DNA of 64,000 nt from Rhizobiaceae bacterium (GTDB lineage: Bacteria; Pseudomonadota; Alphaproteobacteria; Rhizobiales; Rhizobiaceae), in assembly GCA_035556195.1 (NCBI GenBank), contig DATMFK010000011.1, positions 24,900-88,899 on the forward strand, given 5' to 3'. Numbering within the stretch: position 1 is the stretch's first letter; every line of letters starts with the position of its first letter. The notes beneath the pieces are model-generated. The model saw only the letters and a list, made by a program, of their open reading frames with translations. It made no database searches and had not been told where the DNA came from. This document shows, one piece after another, positions 30,083 to 39,845 of the stretch. The position numbers were made by a program, and so were the translations under genes.

Positions 30083-32389
30083 GTGGCAATCACCGTCCTG
30101 ATCTTCACCGTCGTCGGCGTCGCCCTCGGAGCCGGCGGCGTCTGGCTCGTCATCCTCGGTGGCAGTTGGTACTACATTCTGGCGGGCATCGGCTTCCTGA
30201 TCACCGCCCTTCTTCTATGGCGGCGGCAGGGCGAGGCCCTCTGGGTCTACGTGCTGGTCCTGCTGGGGACGTTGGCCTGGGCGGTCTGGGAAGTCGGCCT
30301 CGACTGGTGGCAGCTCGGCCCGCGGGGCGGCGTCATCGTCTTGCTGGCCCTTTGGCTCCTGACACCGTGGGTGAGGCGGAAGCTCCGCCGTGCGGGCGGC
30401 GCCCTGGCATTGGGGACTGCCGTGGTCATCTCCATCGGGGTGGCTGTCTATTCGATGCTCAACGATCCCCTGAATATTGCGGGCGAGCTCACTACCGAGC
30501 GGGTGGCCGCCAATCCCAATCTTGGCGGCAACGTACCGCCCGGTGAGTGGCACTTCTACGGCCGCACGCCCTTCGGACAGCGTTTCACGCCGCTCGCCCA
30601 GATCACGCCGGAAAATGTCGGCCGGCTGGAACTCGCCTGGAGCTATCGCACCGGCGACGTAAGAGGGTCGGAGGATGTGCCGGAGACCACCTATCAAGTG
30701 ACACCCCTCAAGGTCGGCGATGCGCTGTATATTTGCACCCCGCACAGTATCGCCATCGCACTTGAGGCCGAGACGGGGAAGGAGAAATGGCGCTTCGATC
30801 CCAAGGTGGGGCTCGATAGCAGTCGTCAGCATCAGACCTGTCGTGGCGTCGCCTATTTTGCCGATCCCGATGCGCCGCAGGGCCAGCCTTGCGCCGAACG
30901 GATCTACCTGCCGACTTCGGATGCGAGGCTGATCGCGCTCGACGCCAAGACCGGCACCATATGCCCAGGCTTCGCCGAGAACGGCACGTTGAACCTACTC
31001 GCGAACATGCCGTTTCCGAAATCGGGCTACTACTATTCCACCTCGGCCCCGCTGATCGCCCGCGGGTTGATCATCGTGGGCGGGGCGGTCAACGACAATT
31101 TCTCGACCGAGGCGCCTTCGGGCGTCATTCGCGCCTATGATGTCCGCACGGGCGCGTTGGTCTGGAATTGGGATTCCGGCAATCCCGAGCGCACGACGCC
31201 GCTCGGTCCGGGCGAGACCTACACGCACAACTCGCCGAACATGTGGTCGACGGCGAGCGCCGACGAGTCTCTCGGCCTCGTATACGTCCCACTCGGCAAC
31301 CAGACGCCCGACCAGCTCGGCGCCGGTCGCAGCGAGAATGTCGAGAGGTTCTCCTCTTCGATCGTTGCGCTCGACCTTGGGACGGGTCAGGTGCGCTGGG
31401 TGCGCCAGACCGTCCATCATGACCTTTGGGACATGGACGTGCCGGCCCAGCCGTCCCTTGTCGACATCACCACTGCCAATGGAGTCGTGCCGGCATTGGT
31501 CGCCCCCACGAAGCAGGGCGACGTCTACGTGCTCGACCGGCGTACCGGCGAGCCGATCATCCCGGTGAAGGAAGTGCCGGCGCCGACGGGCGCCATCGAG
31601 GGCGAGACGACGGCTCCCACGCAACCGGTCTCGCAGCTCTCCTTCGAACCGAGGAAACTGACCGGGGCGGACATGTGGGGTGTCACCATGTTCGATCAGC
31701 TCGCGTGCCGTATCCAGTTCCTGTCGCTGCGCTATGAGGGCCGCTACACGCCGCCTTCACTCCAAGGCACGCTTGTCTATCCCGGCAATTTCGGCGTCTT
31801 CAACTGGGGCGGCGTGGCCGTCGATCCAGTTCGGCAGGTGATGTTCGGCATGCCGACCTATCTTGCCTTCACGTCGAAGCTGGTCCCGCGCGATCAGGTG
31901 CCGCCGCCGGGCGAGAAGCGGGCCAGCGAGCAGGGGCTGAACCTCAATGAGGGTGCGCCCTTTGCCGTTGTCATGGGGCCGTTCCTCTCGCCGCTCGGCA
32001 TACCGTGCCAGGCTCCGCCTTGGGGGTTCGTCGCGGGCGCCGATCTCAGGACCGGCGAGATCGCCTACAAGCGCCGCAACGGCACGGTGCGCGACATGAC
32101 ACCGCTGCCGCTGCCGTTCAAGGTCGGCGTGCCGGGCATCGGCGGCCCCATGATCACCGCCGGCGGCGTGGTCTTCCTGGGAGCTGCCGTCGACGACTTC
32201 CTGCGTGCCTACGAGCTGACGACGGGAAGGGAAATCTGGCGGGCGAGGCTCCCTGCCGGAGGGCAATCGACGCCGATGTCCTTCGAGGCTTCCGATGGCC
32301 GCCAGTTCGTGGTGATCGTCGCGGGCGGCCACGGCTCGATCGGCACCAGGGCTGGCGACTATGTGATGGCTTATGCGCTGCCGCGATAG
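30083..32389 (+). CDS. Membrane-bound PQQ-dependent dehydrogenase (glucose/quinate/shikimate family)
   Basis: N-terminal TM helices, TCRGVAY, HHDLWDMD, LPAGGQSTP; GTG start at 30083 after GAGGAG. Confidence 0.94.
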   Translation: MAITVLIFTVVGVALGAGGVWLVILGGSWYYILAGIGFLITALLLWRRQGEALWVYVLVLLGTLAWAVWEVGLDWWQLGPRGGVIVLLALWLLTPWVRRKLRRAGGALALGTAVVISIGVAVYSMLNDPLNIAGELTTERVAANPNLGGNVPPGEWHFYGRTPFGQRFTPLAQITPENVGRLELAWSYRTGDVRGSEDVPETTYQVTPLKVGDALYICTPHSIAIALEAETGKEKWRFDPKVGLDSSRQHQTCRGVAYFADPDAPQGQPCAERIYLPTSDARLIALDAKTGTICPGFAENGTLNLLANMPFPKSGYYYSTSAPLIARGLIIVGGAVNDNFSTEAPSGVIRAYDVRTGALVWNWDSGNPERTTPLGPGETYTHNSPNMWSTASADESLGLVYVPLGNQTPDQLGAGRSENVERFSSSIVALDLGTGQVRWVRQTVHHDLWDMDVPAQPSLVDITTANGVVPALVAPTKQGDVYVLDRRTGEPIIPVKEVPAPTGAIEGETTAPTQPVSQLSFEPRKLTGADMWGVTMFDQLACRIQFLSLRYEGRYTPPSLQGTLVYPGNFGVFNWGGVAVDPVRQVMFGMPTYLAFTSKLVPRDQVPPPGEKRASEQGLNLNEGAPFAVVMGPFLSPLGIPCQAPPWGFVAGADLRTGEIAYKRRNGTVRDMTPLPLPFKVGVPGIGGPMITAGGVVFLGAAVDDFLRAYELTTGREIWRARLPAGGQSTPMSFEASDGRQFVVIVAGGHGSIGTRAGDYVMAYALPR

Positions 32390-32477
32390 GGGCTGGGCCT
32401 TGGCCGCCGCCGTCGGCGCGAACGGTCGATCGCCGACCCGCGCCATCCGGAGTCCACGCGGGATCGGGACATTCCCC

Positions 32478-33521
32478 TTATGGCTTGGGTTCGGCCTTGG
32501 CGATGCGCCGGTCGGAGAAATTGAGCCGGCCCGCGGCGATCGCATGGGCCACGCGGTCGAGCGCCTCGTCGCCTGCCACGAGCGCGTCGAGCTCGGTCAT
32601 CTGGTTCATGGCGATGAGCTGCAAAATGTCCTGGCGCACCGCGCCGTCGCCGTCGCGCGGCAGCGTGGCCACCGGCTGCAGATGATCCGGCCGGACCGGC
32701 AGCGACAGGCCTTCTAGCCTTGCGAGCGGCGCGCCCGGCTTCGCCTCGACGAATGCGTAGATGCCGACGCCCTTCTTGGGCAGGGGAAAGGTGGCGAGCG
32801 CCACATCCTGCACGTCGGGCTGTGCAAGCAGCGCCTCGACGATCGCAGGCCCCTCATTGTCGATGCGGTCGTGGGTGCCTTCGCCGTCCGACCAGTGGAA
32901 GATGCCCCGCGTCACCAGATTGTAGAGTTTCTTTCCCGTGGCCATCCAGACCCGGGAAGGCAGCGAGCGACGCGCCAGGAGGCGGGCCTGGGCCGGCGTC
33001 AGCAGGGACGGCGCGAATGCCCGCTTCTGCTTCAAGAGATGGCGCAGATCCTCATAGGCCATCAGCCGATAGAGGCAGCCTCGGCGGCGATGGCGTGAGG
33101 CGAGCTGGAAATCGATGACGGCCGCGCGTCCGTCCGGCGTCATCAGCCAGTTCTGCGGCTTGGCGAGATCGTTATGCGTGATGCCGCGCCGCCGCATCGC
33201 GTGGAGAAGCCGGTGGGCGTCGCTGTACCAGGCGGGATCCTTCGGGCGCGCGAGATGGAGCGGGGTCCCTTCGCTCCAGTGACGATAGAGTCCGTCCTTG
33301 TCGACGGAGATGAGCTGCGGCGTTCCATCGATGCCCTTGACCTGGCGAAGTGCGGCGATCTCGCGCCGGGCGAGAACCCAGCCGAGCGGCCGGGACCAGA
33401 AGGGCGCCGCGGTCACGATGCGCCGGATGACCTTTTCCTGCGGTGCGTCCGCGAAATGTCCCTTGCGGGTCTCGGAAAAGAGATCGCGTTTCAGGACGGT
33501 TTCGGTCACGAATTCCGGCAT
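32478..33521 (-). CDS. Atypical (RIO/Kdo-like) kinase fused to an acyl-CoA-synthetase-like C-terminal domain
   Basis: HNDLAKPQNWL and VIDFQ kinase motifs; C-terminal IVEALLAQPDV...KGVGIYAFV...LPRDGDGAVRQDIL. Confidence 0.8.
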   Translation of the reverse strand: MPEFVTETVLKRDLFSETRKGHFADAPQEKVIRRIVTAAPFWSRPLGWVLARREIAALRQVKGIDGTPQLISVDKDGLYRHWSEGTPLHLARPKDPAWYSDAHRLLHAMRRRGITHNDLAKPQNWLMTPDGRAAVIDFQLASRHRRRGCLYRLMAYEDLRHLLKQKRAFAPSLLTPAQARLLARRSLPSRVWMATGKKLYNLVTRGIFHWSDGEGTHDRIDNEGPAIVEALLAQPDVQDVALATFPLPKKGVGIYAFVEAKPGAPLARLEGLSLPVRPDHLQPVATLPRDGDGAVRQDILQLIAMNQMTELDALVAGDEALDRVAHAIAAGRLNFSDRRIAKAEPKP

Positions 33522-33666
33522 ATGTCTTCCTGGATAGTCACTGGCTGGCGAGCAGCCGGGCGTCGGCATTCTCGTCGTCGCCCGCGCTATTGCACGCGCA
33601 GGCGCCGTTGTCACCCTCCGCGGTGACAGGCTATGAAAAGCCTGTCGCCGCGACGGAGAACAGCGG

Positions 33667-34020
33667 ATGGCAAGGGCGATCGACGGGATTTTTGCAATCC
33701 TGCTCCTCATCGGAGCGCTTCTCCACGCCTACGGCACCGTCACGTCCTATCCGGCCGGCAGCGAGGTATTCGTGTGGTCCCTCGCGGCAAGTCTTGCCGC
33801 GGGGCTGATCGCCGTCCTCAATCTCCTTCGCCGCGAGCGCCCCGGCGATCGCGCTCTGGCCGTGATCTGCCTGGCGGCGAGCCTCACCTGGGCGGCCGTT
33901 GCTTTCGCGTTCGGCGAGGCGATCGGCAATGTCGTGGACCCGCGTGTGCTCTGGCACGCAATCGCGGCGTTGGCGCTCGCGCTATTCAGCCTGAAGTCGC
34001 TCACTGTCAGACAGCCTTGA
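33667..34020 (+). CDS. Small four-TM membrane protein, unknown function
   Basis: Four hydrophobic stretches, SD GGAGA. Confidence 0.75.
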   Translation: MARAIDGIFAILLLIGALLHAYGTVTSYPAGSEVFVWSLAASLAAGLIAVLNLLRRERPGDRALAVICLAASLTWAAVAFAFGEAIGNVVDPRVLWHAIAALALALFSLKSLTVRQP

Positions 34021-34124
34021 GCTGTCAGCATGGTCGCACGACATGCGGGTTGCGTCATTGACCTCGCGCAGACGCGACACAGGTTTCCCCGGCAGGGCAG
34101 GAGGCAGGAACAACGGAGGTTGCG

Positions 34125-34460
34125 GTGAGCAGCAATGCAGTGAAACCCACGATCGCTCGCATATGGCGTGGTCGAACTCGGCGCGACGTTGCGGATGCCT
34201 ACCAGCCTTATCTTCACGACGTCGGCATCAAGCCGCTGATCGAGAAGGCGCTCGGTGTGCAGAACTTCCGCGAGGACCGAGAAGATGAGACCGAATTCGT
34301 GACCATCTCCTATTGGGAAAGCGTCGAGGCGATGGCGCGTTTCACGGGCGGGGATCCCACGAGGATTCACCACCTGCCGCGAGATCGGGAATTCCTGATC
34401 GAACTGCCGGAAAAGGTCCAGGTTCTGCATATGCTGGCGAGCCACGGGCAAACCGGGTAG
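34125..34460 (+). CDS. ABM-like (dimeric alpha-beta barrel) protein
   Basis: IARIWRGRT...EFVTISYWESVEAMARF pattern; SD GGAGG. Confidence 0.75.
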   Translation: MSSNAVKPTIARIWRGRTRRDVADAYQPYLHDVGIKPLIEKALGVQNFREDREDETEFVTISYWESVEAMARFTGGDPTRIHHLPRDREFLIELPEKVQVLHMLASHGQTG

Positions 34461-34688
34461 GCAGGGTCGACCGGGGCTGGTTGCAATCGGCCCGTGCTTG
34501 CCAGGCGACGGCGTAATTCGTAGTCTTTCGACGGCGGTGGGGCTGCAGAGCGAGGCCACCCGGATCCGGCTTATGCGGCTTGGGATCACATCCGCTTGTC
34601 GCGCTGTTCCGCGGAGTCGCGTTGCGACATGTCGAGCCGGTTCCCTGGTCAGACGCCTGCTCGATGCCGGCAGGCGAGCGAGGATGGG

Positions 34689-36296
34689 ATGGACACGTTA
34701 CCCAATCGCGAGGACAAGGAAGCCTTTGCCGCCCATGCGAGGACGACGGGCCGCCTTACCGGCCAGTCGCCGATGACGGGCGCGGAATACATCGAGGAAC
34801 TGCGCGACGGCCGCGAGGTCTATATCTACGGCGAGCAGGTCAAGGATGTGACCAACCATCCTGCCTTTCGCAACACGGCACGCATGGTGGCGCGCCTCTA
34901 TGACGCGCTTCATGACGAGAAGCTGAAGCACAAGATCCTTCTCCCCACCGACACCGGCAATGGCGGCGCGACCCACGCCTATTTCAAGGCGCCGAAAAGC
35001 ATGGAGGATCTGCTGCAGGGCCGCAGCGCGATCGCGGAATGGGCGAAGCTGACCTATGGCTGGCTTGGCCGGGCACCCGACTACAAGGCTTCCTTTCTCG
35101 CCACTTTGGGCGCCAATGCCGATTTCTACGATCCGTATCAGGAAAACGCCCGCCACTGGTATCGCTACAGCCAGGAGCGCGTCCCCTTCATAAATCACGC
35201 CATCATCCATCCTCCGGTCGATCGCGACCGGCCGCCGAACGAGGTGGCCGATGTATGCGCCCATGTCGAGAAGGAGACCGACGCGGGCATCGTCGTCTCA
35301 GGGGCGAAGGTTGTGGCAACCGGCTCGGTGCTGACCAACTATACATTCGTGGCCCATCACGGACTGATACCGCTCCAGGACAAGAGTTTCGCCGTCGTCT
35401 TCATGGTGCCGACCAACGCGCCGGGCGTGAAATTCCTGTGTCGGACTTCGTATGAGATGACCTCGACAGTGATGGGCAGCCCGTTCGACTACCCCCTGTC
35501 GAGCCGGCTCGACGAGAACGACGCCGTCTTCATCATGGACAAGGTTCTGGTCCCCTGGGAAAACGTGTTCGTCTATGCCGATGTCGAGAAGGCCAACAAC
35601 TTCTTCCCACGGACCGGTTTCCTGCCGCGCTTCGTGGTGCATGGCTGCACCCGCCTGGCGGTCAAGCTCGATTTCATCGCCGGTCTCCTGCTCAAGGCCG
35701 TCGAGGCAGCCGGCACGAAAGACTATCGCGGCGTTCAAGCCAATGTCGGGGAGGTGATCGCCTGGCGCAACCTGTTCTGGGCGCTGTCCGACGCGATGGT
35801 GCGCGACCCCAGACCCTGGATCGGCGACTACGTCCTGCCCAACATGGATGCGGGAAACGCCTATCAGATCATCGCCACGATCGCCTATTCGAAGATCAAA
35901 TACATCATCGAGCAGACCGTCGCCTCGGGGCTCATCTATCTCAACAGCCACGCGCTGGACTTCAAGAATCCCGACATACGTCCCTATCTCGATCGCTACC
36001 TGCGCGGGTCGAACGGTTACAAGGCCGAAGACAGGGTGAAGCTGATGAAGCTTCTTTGGGACACGCTTGCCACCGAGTTCGGCGGCCGCCACGAGCTCTA
36101 TGAAATCAACTATGGCGGCTCCACAGAGGAGATCCGCCGTTATTGCCTGTTCGGAGCTCAGGCGTCCGGCAACGCCGACAAGTTCAAGGGTTTCGCCGAG
36201 CAATGCATGGCGGAATACGATCTAGACGGCTGGCGCGTTCCGGACCTGACGGATCCCGGCTCTTTGAGCTATCATGCCGGACGGGACCCGGGTTAG
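34689..36296 (+). CDS. Flavin-dependent aromatic hydroxylase, oxygenase component (HpaB/PheA1/PvcC family)
   Basis: [56 protein letters not shown]. Confidence 0.93.
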   Translation: MDTLPNREDKEAFAAHARTTGRLTGQSPMTGAEYIEELRDGREVYIYGEQVKDVTNHPAFRNTARMVARLYDALHDEKLKHKILLPTDTGNGGATHAYFKAPKSMEDLLQGRSAIAEWAKLTYGWLGRAPDYKASFLATLGANADFYDPYQENARHWYRYSQERVPFINHAIIHPPVDRDRPPNEVADVCAHVEKETDAGIVVSGAKVVATGSVLTNYTFVAHHGLIPLQDKSFAVVFMVPTNAPGVKFLCRTSYEMTSTVMGSPFDYPLSSRLDENDAVFIMDKVLVPWENVFVYADVEKANNFFPRTGFLPRFVVHGCTRLAVKLDFIAGLLLKAVEAAGTKDYRGVQANVGEVIAWRNLFWALSDAMVRDPRPWIGDYVLPNMDAGNAYQIIATIAYSKIKYIIEQTVASGLIYLNSHALDFKNPDIRPYLDRYLRGSNGYKAEDRVKLMKLLWDTLATEFGGRHELYEINYGGSTEEIRRYCLFGAQASGNADKFKGFAEQCMAEYDLDGWRVPDLTDPGSLSYHAGRDPG

Positions 36297-36305
36297 GACA
36301 TCAGC

Positions 36306-36836
36306 ATGGCCGACGGTTCGCCGGAACCTCGTATCGATCCTCGTGAATTCCGGCGCGTCATGGGCCAATTCGTGACCGGGGTGACGGTCATCACGACGAT
36401 CCACGACGGCAAGATCCGCGGAATGACGGCCAACGCTTTCATGTCCGGCTCGCTCGATCCGCCCCTATGCGTCGTGTCCATAGCAAAACGGGCGCATATG
36501 CACGAGCTGGCGAGGCAAGCCGGGCGCTTCGTCGTCAATATCCTGGCCCATGACCAGGGTGATCTGGCCATCCATTTCGCGGGGCGGCCACGAGCCGACG
36601 CGGCGATCGAGCTGAGCTGGATCGAGGGCCTGCCGGCGCTGCGCGACGCGCTTGCCCACATGGGAGCCCACATCGTGGCCGAGCACGATTGCGGCGACCA
36701 TACGTTGTTCGTCGGGCATCTCTTTCATATGGATTCGGCCGGCCACGGTCGGCCGCTGGTCTATCACCGGAGCCGGTTCGGCGACTTGCTCCACTCCAGG
36801 CAGGATCAGCTTATTCCAGTGCCCGAGTTCTGGTGA
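36306..36836 (+). CDS. Flavin reductase (HpaC-like)
   Basis: FRRVMGQFVTGVTVITT, GMTANAFMSGSLDPP, GDHTLFVG. Confidence 0.93.
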   Translation: MADGSPEPRIDPREFRRVMGQFVTGVTVITTIHDGKIRGMTANAFMSGSLDPPLCVVSIAKRAHMHELARQAGRFVVNILAHDQGDLAIHFAGRPRADAAIELSWIEGLPALRDALAHMGAHIVAEHDCGDHTLFVGHLFHMDSAGHGRPLVYHRSRFGDLLHSRQDQLIPVPEFW

Positions 36837-36887
36837 CCTGACGGGTGTCCGGCCGGGCCAAAGCAAAGACATGCGTCAAATCAAAGT

Positions 36888-36930
36888 CCTGAAGCGCGGG
36901 AGCGGATCTGAAGGATCGCGACGCTTTAGG
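36888..36930. repeat. Third palindromic element type between convergent genes
   Basis: CCTGAAGCG-CGGGAGCGGATCTGAAGGATCGCGA-CGCTTTAGG with imperfect terminal inverted repeats; resembles a rhizobial intergenic repeat recalled from memory. Confidence 0.55.
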
Positions 36931-36964
36931 CCGCATCCATCGCGCAGGGCGACGCCGGGGAGGT

Positions 36965-37768
36965 TCATTTCGGCGTCGTCCGGTGCCGGCCGATCGGGAG
37001 CATGATCGGCCTGCCCGAGGTCGGGTCGGTGATGACGCGGCTCTCCAGGCCGAAGACCTGTCGTACGTTGTCCTCAGTGAGCACGCTTTCCGGCTCGCCG
37101 CAGACGTGCAGCCGCCCTCCAGTCATTGCGACCAGGAAGTCGGCATAGCGTGCCGCAAGGTTGAGATCGTGGAGCACCATGACGATCGTGCTGCCACGCG
37201 TGTGGTTGAGATCGGTCAGGAGATCCAGCACTTCGACCTGGTGGCTGATGTCGAGAAAGGTGGTGGGCTCGTCCAGCAGCAGGATCTTCGTCTCCTGCGC
37301 CAGGGCCATGGCGATCCACACCCGCTGGCGCTGCCCGCCCGAGAGCTCTTCGACGGGCCTGTCGGCAAGCTCGACGGTCCTGGTGGCTGCCAGCGCCGCG
37401 GCCACGGCTTCGTCGTCCTGGCGCGTCCAACGGGAGAAGATGCCGTGATGAGGATGTCTCCCTCGGGCGACAAGGTCGGCGACCGTGATGCCCTCCGGCG
37501 CAACCGGCGATTGGGGAAGCAATCCCAATCGTCGTGCCAGTTCTCGAGGCGGCGTCCGATGGATCGACTTGCCATCGAGAAGGACATGCCCATGACGCGG
37601 CCGGATCAGTCGCGACATGGTGCGCAAGAGGGTGGACTTGCCCGAGGCGTTGGCGCCGACGATCGCGGTGATCTTCCCCGCCGGCACCACCAGGTCGAGC
37701 CTGTCCAGAACGACATGATCGCCATAGCCGGACGAAAGTTGGCTGGCAACGAGGGCATCAGTCATCAT
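36965..37768 (-). CDS. Ferric-siderophore ABC transporter ATP-binding protein (FepC/FhuC-like)
   Basis: GANASGKST, LSGGQRQR, LLDEPTTFLD, VLHDLN. Confidence 0.94.
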   Translation of the reverse strand: MMTDALVASQLSSGYGDHVVLDRLDLVVPAGKITAIVGANASGKSTLLRTMSRLIRPRHGHVLLDGKSIHRTPPRELARRLGLLPQSPVAPEGITVADLVARGRHPHHGIFSRWTRQDDEAVAAALAATRTVELADRPVEELSGGQRQRVWIAMALAQETKILLLDEPTTFLDISHQVEVLDLLTDLNHTRGSTIVMVLHDLNLAARYADFLVAMTGGRLHVCGEPESVLTEDNVRQVFGLESRVITDPTSGRPIMLPIGRHRTTPK

Positions 37769-38805
37769 AGCGAGCCTCCGGCCCGGTTGGCGCGCGCGAT
37801 CAGGAAAATCAGGTAGGGGGCGCCCAACGCGCCTGTGACCACGCCCACCGGATAGCGGGTCGGCAAGAGAAATTGCCCGCAATAGTCGCCTGCCAGCACA
37901 AGCAGTGCCCCGACCAGCGCAGACGGGATCAGCAGCGAGCCGTTGTTCCCCACGATGCGGGCCGCGATGGGCCCGGAGAGGAACGCGACGAAGGCGATCG
38001 GCCCCGTCACGGCCGTCGCGAAAGCGATCATGCCGACTGCCGCGACGATGACCATGATGCGGGTTCTGGCGACGCCGACTCCCAGGGCTGCGGCCGTGTC
38101 GTCGCCCAGCCTCAGCGCCTCGAGGTTTCGCGCGTTGCTCAGCAACAGACCGCCGAACACGGCAAGTCCCAGCAGGAGCGGAAGCGCTTGATGAAGCTGG
38201 GCGCCGTTGACGCTGCCCGTCAGCCAGCGCATCGCCTCCTGAAAACTCCAGGCTGGAGCCACGGACAGGATGTAGGCCGTGACACTTTTCATCATGGCCG
38301 AAATGCCGATCCCGACCAGGATCAGTCGGGCTCCGGCAACGCCGTTCTTGATGGACAGGACATAGATCAGCAGCGCCACGCCCAAGCCGGCGACGACGGC
38401 AAAGATCGATACGGCCGGTCCGTGCAACTGGAGCACGACGATGGCAAATACGGCTGCCGCGCTCGCGCCCAGGCTGATGCCAATGATGTCCGGGCTGGCA
38501 AGGGGATTGCGCAGCATGACCTGGAAGGCTGCGCCGCCCAAGCCGAAGCTCAGCCCGGCGAGGACGGAGAGCACGGCACGCGGCAGCCGCAGCTGCCCCA
38601 CGATGAAGCCTGCCCCCGGCGCGTCCTCGCCGCGCAGCACGCGCACGACCTCGCCCAGCGGCGTGAAGGATTGTCCGAGCGACAGGCTCAGGACGAAGAT
38701 CGCGACCAGGAGCGTGAGCAATATGGCCATTACCACGCCGCGCCTGCGCATGCGGCGGCGTCGGATAACGCGGATGGAATCGACGGTGGAAACAAGCGTC
38801 GTCAC
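37765..38805 (-). CDS. Ferric-siderophore ABC permease (FecCD family)
   Basis: LRLPR, RNPLASPDIIG, GPIAFVAFL, GVVTGALGAPY. Confidence 0.94.
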   Translation of the reverse strand: MTTLVSTVDSIRVIRRRRMRRRGVVMAILLTLLVAIFVLSLSLGQSFTPLGEVVRVLRGEDAPGAGFIVGQLRLPRAVLSVLAGLSFGLGGAAFQVMLRNPLASPDIIGISLGASAAAVFAIVVLQLHGPAVSIFAVVAGLGVALLIYVLSIKNGVAGARLILVGIGISAMMKSVTAYILSVAPAWSFQEAMRWLTGSVNGAQLHQALPLLLGLAVFGGLLLSNARNLEALRLGDDTAAALGVGVARTRIMVIVAAVGMIAFATAVTGPIAFVAFLSGPIAARIVGNNGSLLIPSALVGALLVLAGDYCGQFLLPTRYPVGVVTGALGAPYLIFLIARANRAGGSL

Positions 38806-39845
38806 AGCTCACGGACCCGCTGCCGTCGGACGATCCAAATGAAGAACGGCGCGCCCACAAGGGCCGTGGCGATGCCGACCTCAAGCTCGGCCGGTCGTGC
38901 GACGATCCGCCCGACGATATCGGCGGCGAGCAACAGGCATGCGCCGGCGAGCGCGGAAAACGGCAGCAGCCATCTGTGATCCACCCCGATCAACGAGCGG
39001 CACAGATGGGGCACGACCAGTCCGACAAAGCTGATCGGCCCGCAAACGGCTGTCGTCGCCCCGCACAGCAGGATCGCGCCGAGCGCGGCAACGCCCCGGG
39101 CCACGGCCGCATTCTCGCCAAGGCCGGCCGCGAGTTCGTCGCCAAGGGCCAGCGAGTTCAGCTTGCGCGCCGACAGAAGGCCAATCACGGAACCTGCCGC
39201 GAGGAACGGCAGCACGCGGGCAATGCCGTCGAAGGTTGCCCCGCCCACGCCGCCGATCTGCCACGAATGGATGCCGCCGGCGATATCGTTTCGCTGCAGC
39301 ACCACGGCGATGACCATCGAGGAAAAAGCGATCGAGGTGGCTGTTCCGGCAAGCGCCAATTTAAGCGGGGTCGCCCCGCCACGCCCCAATGAACCGACGA
39401 CATAGACAAAGACCGCCGAACATCCGGCTCCGAGAATGGCAGTCCAGATATACGCATTGGCGGACGCGATGCCGAACCAGGCGACGCCGATGACGACGGC
39501 GAGCGACGCGCCCTGGTTGACGCCCAGGATGCCCGGATCGGCAAGCGGGTTGCGTGTCACCCCCTGCATGATCGCCCCGGCAAGTCCGAGCGCGGCTCCG
39601 GCCACAAGGGCAAGCAATGTGCGCGGAATCCGAACTGAAACCGCGGCCTGCCCGACACTGTCAATTTGGTCGCCAAGCGCCGCGAGGACGTCGCTCCAAG
39701 CGACGCCACGAGTGCCGACGGCCACCGAAAGGAGGCACAGCATGGCGAGCGCGGCGACCAGCGCAGCCAGCCAGAGGCCCTGGACACCGCCCGACTTGCC
39801 GAGGGGCAATGCCCGCTCGGATGGTTCGATCTGATGGACTGTCAT
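38802..39845 (-). CDS. Ferric-siderophore ABC permease (FecCD family)
   Basis: RIPRT, RNPLADPGILG, GPISFVGLVVPH. Confidence 0.94.
   Translation of the reverse strand: MTVHQIEPSERALPLGKSGGVQGLWLAALVAALAMLCLLSVAVGTRGVAWSDVLAALGDQIDSVGQAAVSVRIPRTLLALVAGAALGLAGAIMQGVTRNPLADPGILGVNQGASLAVVIGVAWFGIASANAYIWTAILGAGCSAVFVYVVGSLGRGGATPLKLALAGTATSIAFSSMVIAVVLQRNDIAGGIHSWQIGGVGGATFDGIARVLPFLAAGSVIGLLSARKLNSLALGDELAAGLGENAAVARGVAALGAILLCGATTAVCGPISFVGLVVPHLCRSLIGVDHRWLLPFSALAGACLLLAADIVGRIVARPAELEVGIATALVGAPFFIWIVRRQRVREL

Noticed and set aside
34630-34656. ECF42 promoter upstream of the hydroxylase
   Set aside because: TGTCGA is present but there is no CGAC/CGTC at the 17-bp spacing
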